Assembly (NCBI GenBank): GCA_964404275.1
Contig: CAYOJH010000001.1
Coordinates: forward strand, 41,512 to 105,511
DNA length: 64,000 nt
Reading direction: 5' to 3'
From: an uncultured Gammaproteobacteria bacterium
GTDB lineage: Bacteria > Patescibacteriota > Patescibacteriia > SG8-24 > DYFX01
The notes beneath the pieces were generated by a model that saw only the letters and a program-made list of their open reading frames with translations, did not search any database and was not told the origin of the DNA. Positions 35,253 through 44,763 of this stretch are shown here, in pieces; the first letter of the stretch is position 1; every line of letters starts with the position of its first letter. The position numbers and the translations under genes were made by a program.

Positions 35253-36473
35253 TTATCCGCGCTTGCGGACGGAAATGAGCTGCGGTCGCGTGCGCGACAT
35301 TGTGGAGATTACGTACGTCAGGCCGCCTTCGTCAAGCGCGTCGCCCACCTTGGGACGCTTGCCGAATTTTTCCATGACGAAGTCGCCGACCGTGCCATCG
35401 TGCGCGATCGCGGTGTTGAAGAAGTGGTTGACCTTGGCGATCTCCGTGCCCTCGCTGACCAGGATCTCGGTTTTCGAGACGCGCTTGATCGTTTCCGGCC
35501 GCACGTCCTTCTCGTCGGTGATCTCGCCGACCAATTCCTCCAGCACGTCTTCGAGCGTGACGACGCCGACCAGCTTCCCGTCGGCGTCTTCGACAATCGC
35601 GAGGTGCTGTTCCTTTTTCTGGAACAGCGGCAAAAGATCGTCGGCCGGCAGGTCGTTCCGGACGCGTATCGCTTCCTGCAGGAAGTCGATCGGCTTGGCT
35701 TGGAATTCGTCGCGCGCGACGGCCGAAATCAGGTCGCGGGTCAGCACGACGCCGAGCACTTGTTCGGCCGTTTCGCCGGTGACCGGCACGCGCGAATGCC
35801 GCAGCTCGAGCACGCGCTGGCGCTGCTCGCCGAGCGGAATGTCGCCGGGAATCGTCTCGACGCGTTCGACGAGCGTCATCATGTCGTCGGCGGTGATGTC
35901 GTTCAGCTGGAAGACGCGCCGGATGATCGACGACTCGTCGTGCTCGATCGCGCCGGCTTCATGGCCGAGCTGCGCCATGATCTTGATCTCTTCTTCCGAG
36001 ACTTTGGCCTTGAAGGCCGGCTGGCGGTGGAACGGTTTGACCAGTCGGTCGATCAGCCAGAGGATCGGCTTGAAGACCCGCGTCAACAGCAGGACCGGCG
36101 GCGCGACCAGAGGCGCGATCCGGTCGGCGTGCGCTTCGCCCAGCGTCTTCGGAATGAGTTCGGACGCGACGATGATCGCCAGCGTGAAGACGGCGAAGAA
36201 GAGGCCGAGCATCGTCGAATTGAACACGTGGTGCGCGGCGGTGCCGACCAGGGCCGAGCCGACGATCGTGGCGACGTTGTTGACGATCACGATCGTGCCG
36301 ATCGCCGAAGTCATGTCTTCCTTGACGCGCACGAGCGCCTTGGCGCCGCGGCGCTTGGCCTGCAGCATGGCGCGGACCCGCGAGTACGGAACGCTGAAGA
36401 GCGCCGCTTCGGTGCCGGAAGCGAGCGCGGCGACGGCCATGACGATGAGGACGGTGGAAAACAAGGCGAGCAT
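35253..36473 (-). CDS. CNNM/HlyC-CorC family transporter (DUF21 + tandem CBS + CorC_HlyC domains)
   Basis: 4-TM DUF21 N-domain (GTIVIVNNVATIVGSAL...), ELIPKTLG, CBS pair (IMTLVERVETIPGD ... VPVTGE ... LGVVLTRDLI) and C-terminal transporter-associated domain. Confidence 0.8.
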   Translation of the reverse strand: MLALFSTVLIVMAVAALASGTEAALFSVPYSRVRAMLQAKRRGAKALVRVKEDMTSAIGTIVIVNNVATIVGSALVGTAAHHVFNSTMLGLFFAVFTLAIIVASELIPKTLGEAHADRIAPLVAPPVLLLTRVFKPILWLIDRLVKPFHRQPAFKAKVSEEEIKIMAQLGHEAGAIEHDESSIIRRVFQLNDITADDMMTLVERVETIPGDIPLGEQRQRVLELRHSRVPVTGETAEQVLGVVLTRDLISAVARDEFQAKPIDFLQEAIRVRNDLPADDLLPLFQKKEQHLAIVEDADGKLVGVVTLEDVLEELVGEITDEKDVRPETIKRVSKTEILVSEGTEIAKVNHFFNTAIAHDGTVGDFVMEKFGKRPKVGDALDEGGLTYVISTMSRTRPQLISVRKRG

Positions 36474-36474
36474 G

Positions 36475-37500
36475 TCAGCGCAGGTATTTCGCTTTATTGG
36501 CGCTTTGTTCTTGAAGCGTTTTCGCGTAGTGCACGTTCCCCTCTTTGTCGGTCAGGAAATACCAGTACGGATTGCTCTTGGGGCGGATGGCGGCCACGAG
36601 CGCGGACAAGCCCGGGTTGCCGATCGGTCCCGGCGGCAGGCCTTTGTACTTGTAAGTGTTCCAAGGATTGTCGACTTTCGTGTCCTGATACGTGACCGAA
36701 GGCGTCGAATGGCCGGTGATGTAGTTGACCGTCGAATCCGCTTCCAGGCCTCCTCCGCTGTCGATGCGCTTCCAGAAAATATCCGAAACCATCGCGCGAT
36801 CCGCGTCGCCGCGCACTTCGCGCTCGATGATCGAGGCGACGATCACGATATCGCGGACGGAACGATGCTTCGCGGCGATTTCCGCGCGGAGGTCCGGCGT
36901 CAGCTTGGCTTCGAAGTTGTCGAGCATGCGCCGCACGAGCGCCTTGGCGCCGCCGTCCGAAAAAATGCGATAGGTGTCGGGGAAGAGATAGCCCTCGAGC
37001 GAGGCGTTGGCCGGCTTATCCTGGAGCGCCGGATACGAAGCGGCCCAATCGGGCAGAGAACCCGGCTTCGCGAACTTCGCGCTCTCACCCGCTTCGGCGA
37101 AGAATTCTTTTTTCGAAGCGATGCCTTGCCGTTCCAGCGCGTCGGCCATGTCGTCGAGCGTCCAGCCTTCGAGGATCGTGACTTCGCGCTCGTCGGAGAT
37201 CGGTTTTCCGCCGGCCAGCGCTTTTTCGATCTCGCTCGTCTTCATCGACGGCGAAAGCTCGTAGCTGCCGGCCATGAATTTCGGCTGGTCGTGCCGGAGC
37301 CAGACGGTGAACAGAAAGTAGTTCTTGCTGCGGATCAGCCCGGCCTTCAAGAGGCCCTCGGAAATCGTGCGCGCGCCGTCGCCTTTGTTGATGACGTAGA
37401 GCGTCGTGGAGGTCGCGTGCGACACCGGCCGGTCGGAACGCAAAAACAGGACTCCGCCGAGTCCGAAGGCGATCAACACGCCGGCAAGCAGGGCTTTCAT
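36475..37500 (-). CDS. mltG: Endolytic murein transglycosylase MltG (YceG family)
   Basis: N-terminal TM, LysM-like region, and YceG motifs (GSYELSPSMK, ILEGWT, ASIIEREV, LEADSTVNY). Confidence 0.85.
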   Translation of the reverse strand: MKALLAGVLIAFGLGGVLFLRSDRPVSHATSTTLYVINKGDGARTISEGLLKAGLIRSKNYFLFTVWLRHDQPKFMAGSYELSPSMKTSEIEKALAGGKPISDEREVTILEGWTLDDMADALERQGIASKKEFFAEAGESAKFAKPGSLPDWAASYPALQDKPANASLEGYLFPDTYRIFSDGGAKALVRRMLDNFEAKLTPDLRAEIAAKHRSVRDIVIVASIIEREVRGDADRAMVSDIFWKRIDSGGGLEADSTVNYITGHSTPSVTYQDTKVDNPWNTYKYKGLPPGPIGNPGLSALVAAIRPKSNPYWYFLTDKEGNVHYAKTLQEQSANKAKYLR

Positions 37501-37501
37501 G

Positions 37502-38593
37502 TCAGAGATACTTCTTCATTTTTTTTCTTTCGAGCGCCTCGACGAGCCGTTTGACGTCCTGGGCGCGCTCCTTCGGGCAGACCAGAATGACGTCTTCCGT
37601 TTCGAGCACGATCATGTCCTTGAGGCCGGCGGTGGCGATGAGTTTGCCGGTGAAGCTGTACAGCAAGTTGCCGCTCGACTCGTGGCCGAGATGCTTGCCG
37701 CGCGTGACGTTCGCGTCCGGCTTGCCGGAGAGAACGTCGTGGACGGCGCGCCAATGGCCGACGTCGGCCCAGCCGAAATCCGCCGGCACGACCAGCATCT
37801 TCTTTTCCTTTTCGAGCAGGCCGTAGTCGATCGAGATCGGCATCATGGCTTCGAAGGCGCGAGAGAGCGTCTTCGCGTAGCGCGGCTTGTCGCACGCCTT
37901 GCGGATCGATTCCAGCCGTTTCCAGATTTTCGGCAAGTGCGCGCGAAAAGCGGCCATCAGCGTCTCCGCCTGCGCCACGATCAGCGTCGGATTCCAAAGA
38001 TACTCCCACTGCGCGACGTAGATCTTGGCCGTGGCGAGATCCGGCTTCTCGCGGAAGCCTTCGACCTCGAAGACGTCGTCATGTCCGCCGGGACGCGCGA
38101 AACGCATCGGCTGAGAACCCATTTTGATGTAGCCGTAGCCCGTTTCCGGATAGGCCGGGCGGATGCCGATGAGCGCCAGGCGCCCGGTCTTGCGGGCGGT
38201 TTTTTCCGCCACGCGGATCACGCGCCAATATTCTTTTTCGTTCTTCACGAACGCGTCGGAGTTGATGGTCGCGATGGTCGCGTGGGGATCGCGAGCGAGC
38301 GCGACGGCGGCGCCGAAGCCCACGGCCGCGGCCGTATCGCGCTTCATCGGTTCGACCAGCAGGTTCCGATCGGGAAGTTCGGGCAGGTCCCGGCGGATGA
38401 GTTCCGCTTGCGCGGCGTTCGTCACGACCAGGATGCGCGAAGCGGGCAGGCCTTGGCGGAGCCGCTTCCACGTCGAACGCAGCAACGTGTCCGCGCCCAA
38501 GATGGGCTGGAGCTGTTTCGGCGTTTTTTTTCTGGAAACCGGCCACAAGCGCGTGCCGCTTCCGCCGGCGAGCAGGATCGCGTAAAGGCTCAT
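37502..38593 (-). CDS. Mannose-1-phosphate guanylyltransferase / sugar-1-phosphate nucleotidyltransferase (ManC/GMPP-like)
   Basis: MSLYAILLAGGSGTRLWPVSRKKTPKQL (G-x-G-T-R-L signature) and downstream nucleotidyltransferase motifs (GYGYIK). ATG at 38591-38593. Confidence 0.8.
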   Translation of the reverse strand: MSLYAILLAGGSGTRLWPVSRKKTPKQLQPILGADTLLRSTWKRLRQGLPASRILVVTNAAQAELIRRDLPELPDRNLLVEPMKRDTAAAVGFGAAVALARDPHATIATINSDAFVKNEKEYWRVIRVAEKTARKTGRLALIGIRPAYPETGYGYIKMGSQPMRFARPGGHDDVFEVEGFREKPDLATAKIYVAQWEYLWNPTLIVAQAETLMAAFRAHLPKIWKRLESIRKACDKPRYAKTLSRAFEAMMPISIDYGLLEKEKKMLVVPADFGWADVGHWRAVHDVLSGKPDANVTRGKHLGHESSGNLLYSFTGKLIATAGLKDMIVLETEDVILVCPKERAQDVKRLVEALERKKMKKYL

Positions 38594-39177
38594 GCGTCGC
38601 GCTTCTTGTATTTCCGGAAGACGGGAAGCAATTCGAGATACGGCTCGACGCCTTTCTTGATCGGCGCCGCCAAGCGGGCGGACAGGTAGCCGACCGCCAG
38701 GCCGCCGAGGATGTCGGAGGGATAGTGCACGCCGGCCGCAATGCGCGAGAGACCGACCGCCGCGGCGAGGACCAGAAGCAGCCAGCCCCATTTCTTGTTA
38801 TGCAGCCAGATGCCGAAGGCCATCGCGAAAGCGACGCTGGCGTGGCCGGACGGAAATGATTTTTCGAGCGGCGATTTTTCGATCAGCTTGACGACGTTCG
38901 GCAAGGTCACGAACGGTCTCGGCCGAAACCAGAGGAAGCCGATGACGATCTCGACGATCAACGCCAGCACGCTTCCGATGACGACGTGGAACAGGTTCTC
39001 GACGCGGCCCTCGAAGTGGTCGGTCTTCCAGGAAACGGCGACATACGCCAGGACCAAGGCAACCATCACGATGATCAGTTTGTTCGCGCCGAAAATGAAA
39101 ACGGCGTCGAGGGCGACATTGCGTCCCGCGAGCCCGTTCAACAGCCTGAAGATCCGAACGTCCAAGGTCATGGACAT
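38590..39177 (-). CDS. PAP2-family membrane phosphatase (undecaprenyl-diphosphatase-like)
   Basis: PAP2 motifs KSFPSGHAS ... SRIAAGVHYPSD. Start at MSMTLDV (ATG 39175-39177); the Arg-rich raw ORF extension is rejected. Confidence 0.7.
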   Translation of the reverse strand: MSMTLDVRIFRLLNGLAGRNVALDAVFIFGANKLIIVMVALVLAYVAVSWKTDHFEGRVENLFHVVIGSVLALIVEIVIGFLWFRPRPFVTLPNVVKLIEKSPLEKSFPSGHASVAFAMAFGIWLHNKKWGWLLLVLAAAVGLSRIAAGVHYPSDILGGLAVGYLSARLAAPIKKGVEPYLELLPVFRKYKKRDA

Positions 39178-39215
39178 GCCGACATCATAGCCGCGGAACG
39201 GCCTTTTGAAAAGGC

Positions 39216-40016
39216 TCAGCCGCGGCCGAGCAGCAGGCAGCCCAGGAAGACGGCGATCGCGGCGGCGACGATCGTGCCGCCCGCCGCCAGGTCGAGCGCG
39301 TAGGACAGGAAGAAGCCGGTCACGACCGCGACGAGCGAAAGCGCCACGGACAGCAGATGCGTTTTTTTGAAGCCGAGACCGAAGCGCGCGGCGGAGAGCA
39401 CCGGCACGACCATCAAGGCGCCGACCAAGAGCGCGCCGACGATGCGGAGCGACAGGGCGATCGTCAAGCCGGCCAGCACGGCCAAGAGCGCGTTGAAAAC
39501 GCCGCCGCGCAAGCCGCCCGCCGCCGCCAACTCCTCGTCGAGGCCGATCAGGAAAAATTCCTTGTAGCACGCGATGATCACGAGGAGCACGAGCGCCCCG
39601 AGCGCGAGCACGGTCGCGACGTCGGCCCGCGAGACGGTCGTCACGCTGCCGAACAGGTAGGAAAAGAGGCCGGCGTTGAACCCATGCGCGACGCCGATCA
39701 GGATGACGGCCAAGGCCAAGCTGCCCGAAAGCACGAGCGCGAGCACCGATTCGCCGAACAAGCCGCCCTTGGCCCGCAGCCGCTCGATCAGAAGCGCGGC
39801 CAAGATCGCCAGCGCGATGGCCGCGGCGATCGGATTGAAGCCGAGGAGCAGGCCGAGCGCCACGCCGGCCAGCGAAACGTGCGCGAGCGTGTCGGCCAGG
39901 AACGATTGGCGGCGCACGACCAAAAAGATGCCGATCGTCGGCGCGATGACCGCCACGGCCAGCGCGGCGACGAATCCGCGCACCAGGAAATCGTAGTGGA
40001 AAATCGAAAAAAGCAT
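39216..40016 (-). CDS. Metal ABC transporter permease (ZnuB/MntB/TroCD family)
   Basis: 266 aa, 8-9 TM helices, ABC-3 family pattern. Confidence 0.8.
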   Translation of the reverse strand: MLFSIFHYDFLVRGFVAALAVAVIAPTIGIFLVVRRQSFLADTLAHVSLAGVALGLLLGFNPIAAAIALAILAALLIERLRAKGGLFGESVLALVLSGSLALAVILIGVAHGFNAGLFSYLFGSVTTVSRADVATVLALGALVLLVIIACYKEFFLIGLDEELAAAGGLRGGVFNALLAVLAGLTIALSLRIVGALLVGALMVVPVLSAARFGLGFKKTHLLSVALSLVAVVTGFFLSYALDLAAGGTIVAAAIAVFLGCLLLGRG

Positions 40017-40017
40017 A

Positions 40018-40779
40018 TCAGTGCGAATGATGTTCGTGTTCGACGAGCTTCATCTCGCGGCCGTAGAGCTGCACCAGGAAATCTTCTTTCAGGTATTCGC
40101 CGGGCCGTCCGTGGCAGACCATCTCGTGATTGAGGCACAGAACCGACGTGGTCTCGCGCGAGACGAACTCGACGTCGTGCGTCACGAAGACGATCGTCAT
40201 GCCGAGCTCGCGATTCGCTTTCGCCAGGAATTCGCGGAAGACGTTCTGCGCGGCCGCGTCGACGCCGACAGTCGGCTCGTCGAGCACCAGGATGCGCGGC
40301 TTGGCGGCCAGGGCGCGGGCGATGTACGCGCGCTGCCGTTCGCCGCCCGAGAGCGCGCCGATCTTCCGTTTCGCGTAGGCGTCGACGCCGAGCGTGCGCA
40401 TCGCGTCCCGCACGGCGGTTTCATCCTCCTTCGTCCAGAAGCGGAACAGCCCGCGCCGCGGCGTGCGGCCGCTTTCGACGATCTCGCGGACCGTGGCCGG
40501 AAAATCCGCGGCGTTGCCGGAGACGCGCTGCGGCACGTAACCAACGTCGGCGCGCGCGCGCGGATCGGACGACGGCCGGCCGAAGATGCGGATCTCCCCC
40601 GCCGCCGGCTTGAGCAGTCCGAGCAGGAGCTTCACGAGCGTGGTCTTGCCGCCGCCGTTCGGTCCGATGACCGCCAAATACTCCCCGCTTTTCAGCGCGA
40701 AATCGACGTCCTTGAGCACGTCGGCGCCTCCGTAGGAGAAGGTCAGGTTGTGGGCCTCGATGGCGAAAGGCGGATTCAT
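40018..40779 (-). CDS. Metal ABC transporter ATP-binding protein (ZnuC/MntA-like)
   Basis: Walker A GPNGGGKTT, signature LSGGERQRAYIARAL, Walker B ILVLDEPTVGVD, and a His-rich C-terminus HEHHSH. Confidence 0.85.
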   Translation of the reverse strand: MNPPFAIEAHNLTFSYGGADVLKDVDFALKSGEYLAVIGPNGGGKTTLVKLLLGLLKPAAGEIRIFGRPSSDPRARADVGYVPQRVSGNAADFPATVREIVESGRTPRRGLFRFWTKEDETAVRDAMRTLGVDAYAKRKIGALSGGERQRAYIARALAAKPRILVLDEPTVGVDAAAQNVFREFLAKANRELGMTIVFVTHDVEFVSRETTSVLCLNHEMVCHGRPGEYLKEDFLVQLYGREMKLVEHEHHSH

Positions 40780-41669
40780 GAGCAGGTTAAAGCGGATCGG
40801 AGCGCCTCAAGATTCTGACGCATGAGCGAGAGATAGTCTTTCCCGGCGGCCAGCTCGTCCGGCGTCAAGCCTTCGACGGGATCGAAGACGGAGGTCGTCA
40901 CGCCGATTTCTTGCGCGATGGTCTGCGCGAGCTTCGGACTCACGAGCGTTTCAAAAAAGATCGTCTTTGCATGTCCGGCCTTGGCCAAGGCCGCAACTTC
41001 TGCCATCCGCTTCGGCGAAGGCTCCTCGTCCGGCGAGAGTCCGGCGATCGGGATGATCGTCAACTGATAATGTTCCGCCATGTAGCCGAGCGCGTCGTGC
41101 GACGCCACGACGGTTCGCGTCGCGCAGCTCGCCAAACCCTTGTGATACGACTCGTCGAGCGCGTCCAGCTGCGCGATGTACGCGGTCGCGTTGGCGCGAT
41201 ACGTCTCCGCGTGCGCGGGATCCGCCGCGACGAACGCGCCCAGGATCATGCCGACGATCTGTTCGGCAAAATCCGGAACGAGCCAGACATGCGGATCTTT
41301 TCCGATCGAAGGGAACGCGTCTTGGACGCGCATCACGCGGACGCCCGAGGCGCGCAGATCGGGCACGACGCGGTCGAGCCAAGCGTCGACGCCGCCGTTC
41401 ATCAGCACGACCTGCGCGTCATGCGCCGCCACGAGATCCTGCGGCGTCGGTTCGTAGTCATGCGGTTCCCCGCCGGGCGGCACCAGCACTTTCACGTCGA
41501 CCAGGTTTCCGCCGACGTGCGAAGCGAAATCGCCCAACGGATAAAAGGTGGCGACGACGCGCAAGGCCGAGGCCGTGGCGGCCGGCGCTTTTCGAAGCGA
41601 GAGCGCGCGCCAGCCGACGAGGCCGGCCGCGGCCGCGAGCAGCGCGAGGAAGAGAAGGGATCGTTTCAT
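40776..41669 (-). CDS. Metal ABC transporter substrate-binding protein (ZnuA/TroA cluster-9 family)
   Basis: Signal peptide, then VVATFYPLGDFASHVGG ... HDYEPTPQD ... DPHVWL ... (metal-coordinating His/Asp pattern of TroA-like SBPs). Confidence 0.8.
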   Translation of the reverse strand: MKRSLLFLALLAAAAGLVGWRALSLRKAPAATASALRVVATFYPLGDFASHVGGNLVDVKVLVPPGGEPHDYEPTPQDLVAAHDAQVVLMNGGVDAWLDRVVPDLRASGVRVMRVQDAFPSIGKDPHVWLVPDFAEQIVGMILGAFVAADPAHAETYRANATAYIAQLDALDESYHKGLASCATRTVVASHDALGYMAEHYQLTIIPIAGLSPDEEPSPKRMAEVAALAKAGHAKTIFFETLVSPKLAQTIAQEIGVTTSVFDPVEGLTPDELAAGKDYLSLMRQNLEALRSALTCS

Positions 41670-41702
41670 ACCTCCCCAGTATTTGCGACATTGTCGCATT
41701 TG

Positions 41703-43259
41703 TCAACCCGCCTTTTCCACCGCGCGACGCATCGGCAGATCGGCGGCGATCCAGGCCGGCTTGTCGTTCTTGGTGAAATCGATCTCGTCGGTTTCCGTCT
41801 TTTCGTAGCCGGGCTTCAGGGCGGTCAGATAATAGACGCCCGCGCCGACGTTGAAATGGTAACGGCCCTGCGCGTCGGCCAGCTGCGTTTCAAGCACCTT
41901 GTGATAGGGCAGCGAAAGCACGCGCACGACCGCGCCGGCAATCGGCTTGCGCGTGTCGATGTCATGCACGACACCTTGCGATTTGGGCTTCGGCGGTTCG
42001 GAAAAGCGCTTGAACAGCTGATAGAAAAACAGCTGGATCAGGAAGAGGAGCAGCATCGGCACCGACGGCGTGACGGCCAGCGCGAGCGCGGCGAGGCTGG
42101 GGCCGACCAGCGCGAAGGCTTTACGCAGCGATTTCTTGTTGCGTTCCGTGAGCAGGTCGCGGGCCTCCGTCAGCGGCGCTTGGGCGGGATCGAGCGGCAC
42201 GTTGACCGTCAGCGCTTGGCCGCTGCCGTCGGCGTGCAGGATCGTGCCGTGATAGAGGTCGGTATACAGTCCGACTTCGGCGGTGCCCTGAAGCGCGGCC
42301 GAAGGGAAAATGAAACCCGGTTTCACGACCTCCAGCCGGTAGTCCCCCATCCGTGGGGCGAAGGCGAAACGGCCATCTTTATCGGTGACCTTGGTCGCGG
42401 CGGCCCGGTTGGTCCGCGTGTCGATCAAGCGGACGGTGGCGAGATCGATCGGCACGCGCGTGTCCGAGCGGAACACGACGCCCCACTGCCGGTTCTTGCG
42501 GCCGGCGAAGAGCAGGAAAGGCTGCGTGAAGAGCACGAAGGCGAACTGACCGGCGCTGCCGAGCGGCAAAGCGCCCGAAGCGGCCGCGATCAAACTGGCC
42601 AGGGCGCCGAGCGCGGCGGCCGGCGCGATGAGCATGCGGTTCGCGGCCTGCACGTCCGGACGCATGGCCGCCTGGCGCGCGAGCGCGGCGGTTTCCTGGG
42701 CGGTGCCGAAGGCCGTCGCGATCTGTTCCTGCGTCGGAAGGTACTGCGTGAGGGTCGCGAACGTCGAAACGCCGCTGGCGCCGCGTTCAGAACCCAAGAT
42801 GCCGGTGTCGGTCAGGAGGTGCGGTCCGGCCGCGAGTTCGCCCGTCGGCGTCTCAAGCTCGAAGGACACTTCGTAGCTTTCGCAGTCGTGATCGCACAGG
42901 CTCCCGTCCTTGTGCTTGGCGTGATAAAGGTACGGCACGCCGTGCGGCAGCATGTTGTAGGGCACGTTCTGCATGTAGACGATCCCCTTCTGCGCGCCAT
43001 CGCGGGTGATGCCGCCATCCGAGATCATCTTGGCGTCGTCCGCACCGAGCACCAGCCCCGCATGCGGCGCGTCGGGGTACTTGCTGTTCTGCTCGAAATA
43101 CAACTCGATCGCGCTGTGGATCGCGGAGATATCGGACACGCGGCGAGTGTCGCGCGCCCGCGCGCGGACGTACTGGTACGACGTCGAAGCCGTCACCGCC
43201 AAGAGGCCGATGATCGAGACGGTCACGAGCAGTTCGACGAGGGTAAAGCCTCTCTTCAT
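41703..43259 (-). CDS. Large prepilin-type N-terminal cleavage/methylation domain protein (pseudopilin-like, 518 aa) with internal TM helix and Ig/CarboxypepD_reg-like beta domains
   Basis: N-terminus MKRGFTLVELLVTVSIIGLLA (class III signal / N-methylation site G|FTLVE). The downstream body is far larger than canonical pilins. Confidence 0.6.
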   Translation of the reverse strand: MKRGFTLVELLVTVSIIGLLAVTASTSYQYVRARARDTRRVSDISAIHSAIELYFEQNSKYPDAPHAGLVLGADDAKMISDGGITRDGAQKGIVYMQNVPYNMLPHGVPYLYHAKHKDGSLCDHDCESYEVSFELETPTGELAAGPHLLTDTGILGSERGASGVSTFATLTQYLPTQEQIATAFGTAQETAALARQAAMRPDVQAANRMLIAPAAALGALASLIAAASGALPLGSAGQFAFVLFTQPFLLFAGRKNRQWGVVFRSDTRVPIDLATVRLIDTRTNRAAATKVTDKDGRFAFAPRMGDYRLEVVKPGFIFPSAALQGTAEVGLYTDLYHGTILHADGSGQALTVNVPLDPAQAPLTEARDLLTERNKKSLRKAFALVGPSLAALALAVTPSVPMLLLFLIQLFFYQLFKRFSEPPKPKSQGVVHDIDTRKPIAGAVVRVLSLPYHKVLETQLADAQGRYHFNVGAGVYYLTALKPGYEKTETDEIDFTKNDKPAWIAADLPMRRAVEKAG

Positions 43260-43894
43260 GGCTTCGGAGTCTTGTGAGGGTAGGCACAGAAACGGGCGAC
43301 GGGGCATTTCCAGCAGCGCGGGCGTCCCGGGATGCAGATCGTGCGGCCGAATTGGACGAACACGCGATTGACGTGGAGCCACAGGTCTTTCGGGATCAGG
43401 CGCATGAGCGCGAGCTCCGTCTTGAGCGGATCCTTCGTTCGCGTCCAGCCGAGGCGATTCGCGATGCGATGCACGTGCGTGTCGACCGCGATCGCGGGCT
43501 TTTTAAAAGCATAACACAAAACGCAGTTAGCCGTTTTGCGGCCGACGCCCGGCAACGCGATCAGTGTCCCCGTGGTGTCAGGCACTTTGCCTTGGTGATC
43601 GCGCAGCAATGCCTCCGCGATCCCCTTCATGGATTTGGCTTTGGCGCGATACAAACCGATTTCCTTGATCGTGTCGGCGATTTCGGGGACGGAGGCTTTG
43701 GTCAACGAGACGAGCGTCGGAAATTTTTTCCGCAACTTCGGATAGACCTTCAAGACCTGCTCGTCGCGCGTGCGCGCCGACAAGACGGTCGCCAAAAGCA
43801 CATCCTCAGCGCGATCAAGTTCGACCGCGCCCTTGCCGGGAAAATCCCGTTTCAAAATTTCGATCACTTTGCGGATCGCGGCGGTCGTTGGCAT
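43256..43894 (-). CDS. nth: Endonuclease III (Nth), HhH-GPD glycosylase with [4Fe-4S] cluster
   Basis: HhH motif LIALPGVGRKTANCVL, catalytic region, and C-terminal CIPGRPRCWKCPVARFC cluster ligands. Confidence 0.85.
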   Translation of the reverse strand: MPTTAAIRKVIEILKRDFPGKGAVELDRAEDVLLATVLSARTRDEQVLKVYPKLRKKFPTLVSLTKASVPEIADTIKEIGLYRAKAKSMKGIAEALLRDHQGKVPDTTGTLIALPGVGRKTANCVLCYAFKKPAIAVDTHVHRIANRLGWTRTKDPLKTELALMRLIPKDLWLHVNRVFVQFGRTICIPGRPRCWKCPVARFCAYPHKTPKP

Positions 43895-44709
43895 ACGGGA
43901 CAATAATGCGCGCCGCGCTGGGCAACCCACATCTTCTTTAAAGGCGCGCCGCAGCGGCGGCACGGTTTTCCGTCGCGCCCATAGGCCCAGAGATGCGGCA
44001 CGTTTTCGCCTTTTTCGCCGTACAGATCGCGGAAATTGTCGGCCGATGTGCCGAGGCGCTTCACCGACGCCCTCATCGATTTCAGCGCGCCTTCGTAGAC
44101 GTCTTTCAATTCTTTTTCGGAAAGCGAGCCGACCGTGCGCTCCGGATGCACCTTGGCGTACCAGCAGGCTTCATCGGCGTAGATGTTGCCGATGCCGGCG
44201 ATGCAGGTCTGCTCCATCAAAAGCGGTTTGATTTTTTTGCTCGGCCGTCCGGTCACGCACATCTTGAAACGCGCGAACGTGAACGACGGATCGAGCGGCT
44301 CGGGGCCGTACCCTTCTTTGTCGAAAATCGTTTTTTCGAGATCGGCGGTCTTCACGAGTTTCAGGAATCCGAATTTGCGCACGTCGTCGAACCACAGCTG
44401 TTCCTTCTTATCGAGACGAAATACGACATGGACGTGCTTCGAAGGTACGACCGTTTCCTTTTTCAAAAGATACGAGCCGGTCATTTTCAGATGCGTGACG
44501 ATCGTCCAGCCGTTCGAGAGATGGAGCAACAGCAATTTCGCGCGGCGGCCAAAGGCCTTGAACTTCGCGCCAATCGCCGCTTTCACCAGCGCGGAGGGCG
44601 ACGGCTGAATCTTCCTGCCGAAGCGGACTTCGACGCCCAAAATCCTGCGCCCGACCAGCGCTTTTTCCATCTGACGGCGGAGCGTTTCGACTTCGGGAAG
44701 TTCGGGCAT
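43864..44709 (-). CDS. mutM: Formamidopyrimidine-DNA glycosylase (Fpg/MutM)
   Basis: N-terminal MPELPEVE (catalytic Pro2/Glu3), H2TH domain, C-terminal zinc finger CRRCGAPL ... CPVCQ. Confidence 0.85.
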   Translation of the reverse strand: MPELPEVETLRRQMEKALVGRRILGVEVRFGRKIQPSPSALVKAAIGAKFKAFGRRAKLLLLHLSNGWTIVTHLKMTGSYLLKKETVVPSKHVHVVFRLDKKEQLWFDDVRKFGFLKLVKTADLEKTIFDKEGYGPEPLDPSFTFARFKMCVTGRPSKKIKPLLMEQTCIAGIGNIYADEACWYAKVHPERTVGSLSEKELKDVYEGALKSMRASVKRLGTSADNFRDLYGEKGENVPHLWAYGRDGKPCRRCGAPLKKMWVAQRGAHYCPVCQRPPRSAK

Positions 44710-44763
44710 GCGAGGCCAGTGTAAAAGAAAAGACGGCCTTGGAGAAGGCCGCTCTGAGAATGA

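Noticed and set aside
35239-37554. 771-aa plus ORF across the CNNM and mltG loci
   Set aside because: It is antisense to two motif-supported genes. Ser/Arg/Thr-rich low complexity.
40911-43277. 788-aa plus ORF across the metal-SBP and pseudopilin loci
   Set aside because: It is antisense to motif-supported genes. Arg/Gly/Asp-rich shadow ORF.
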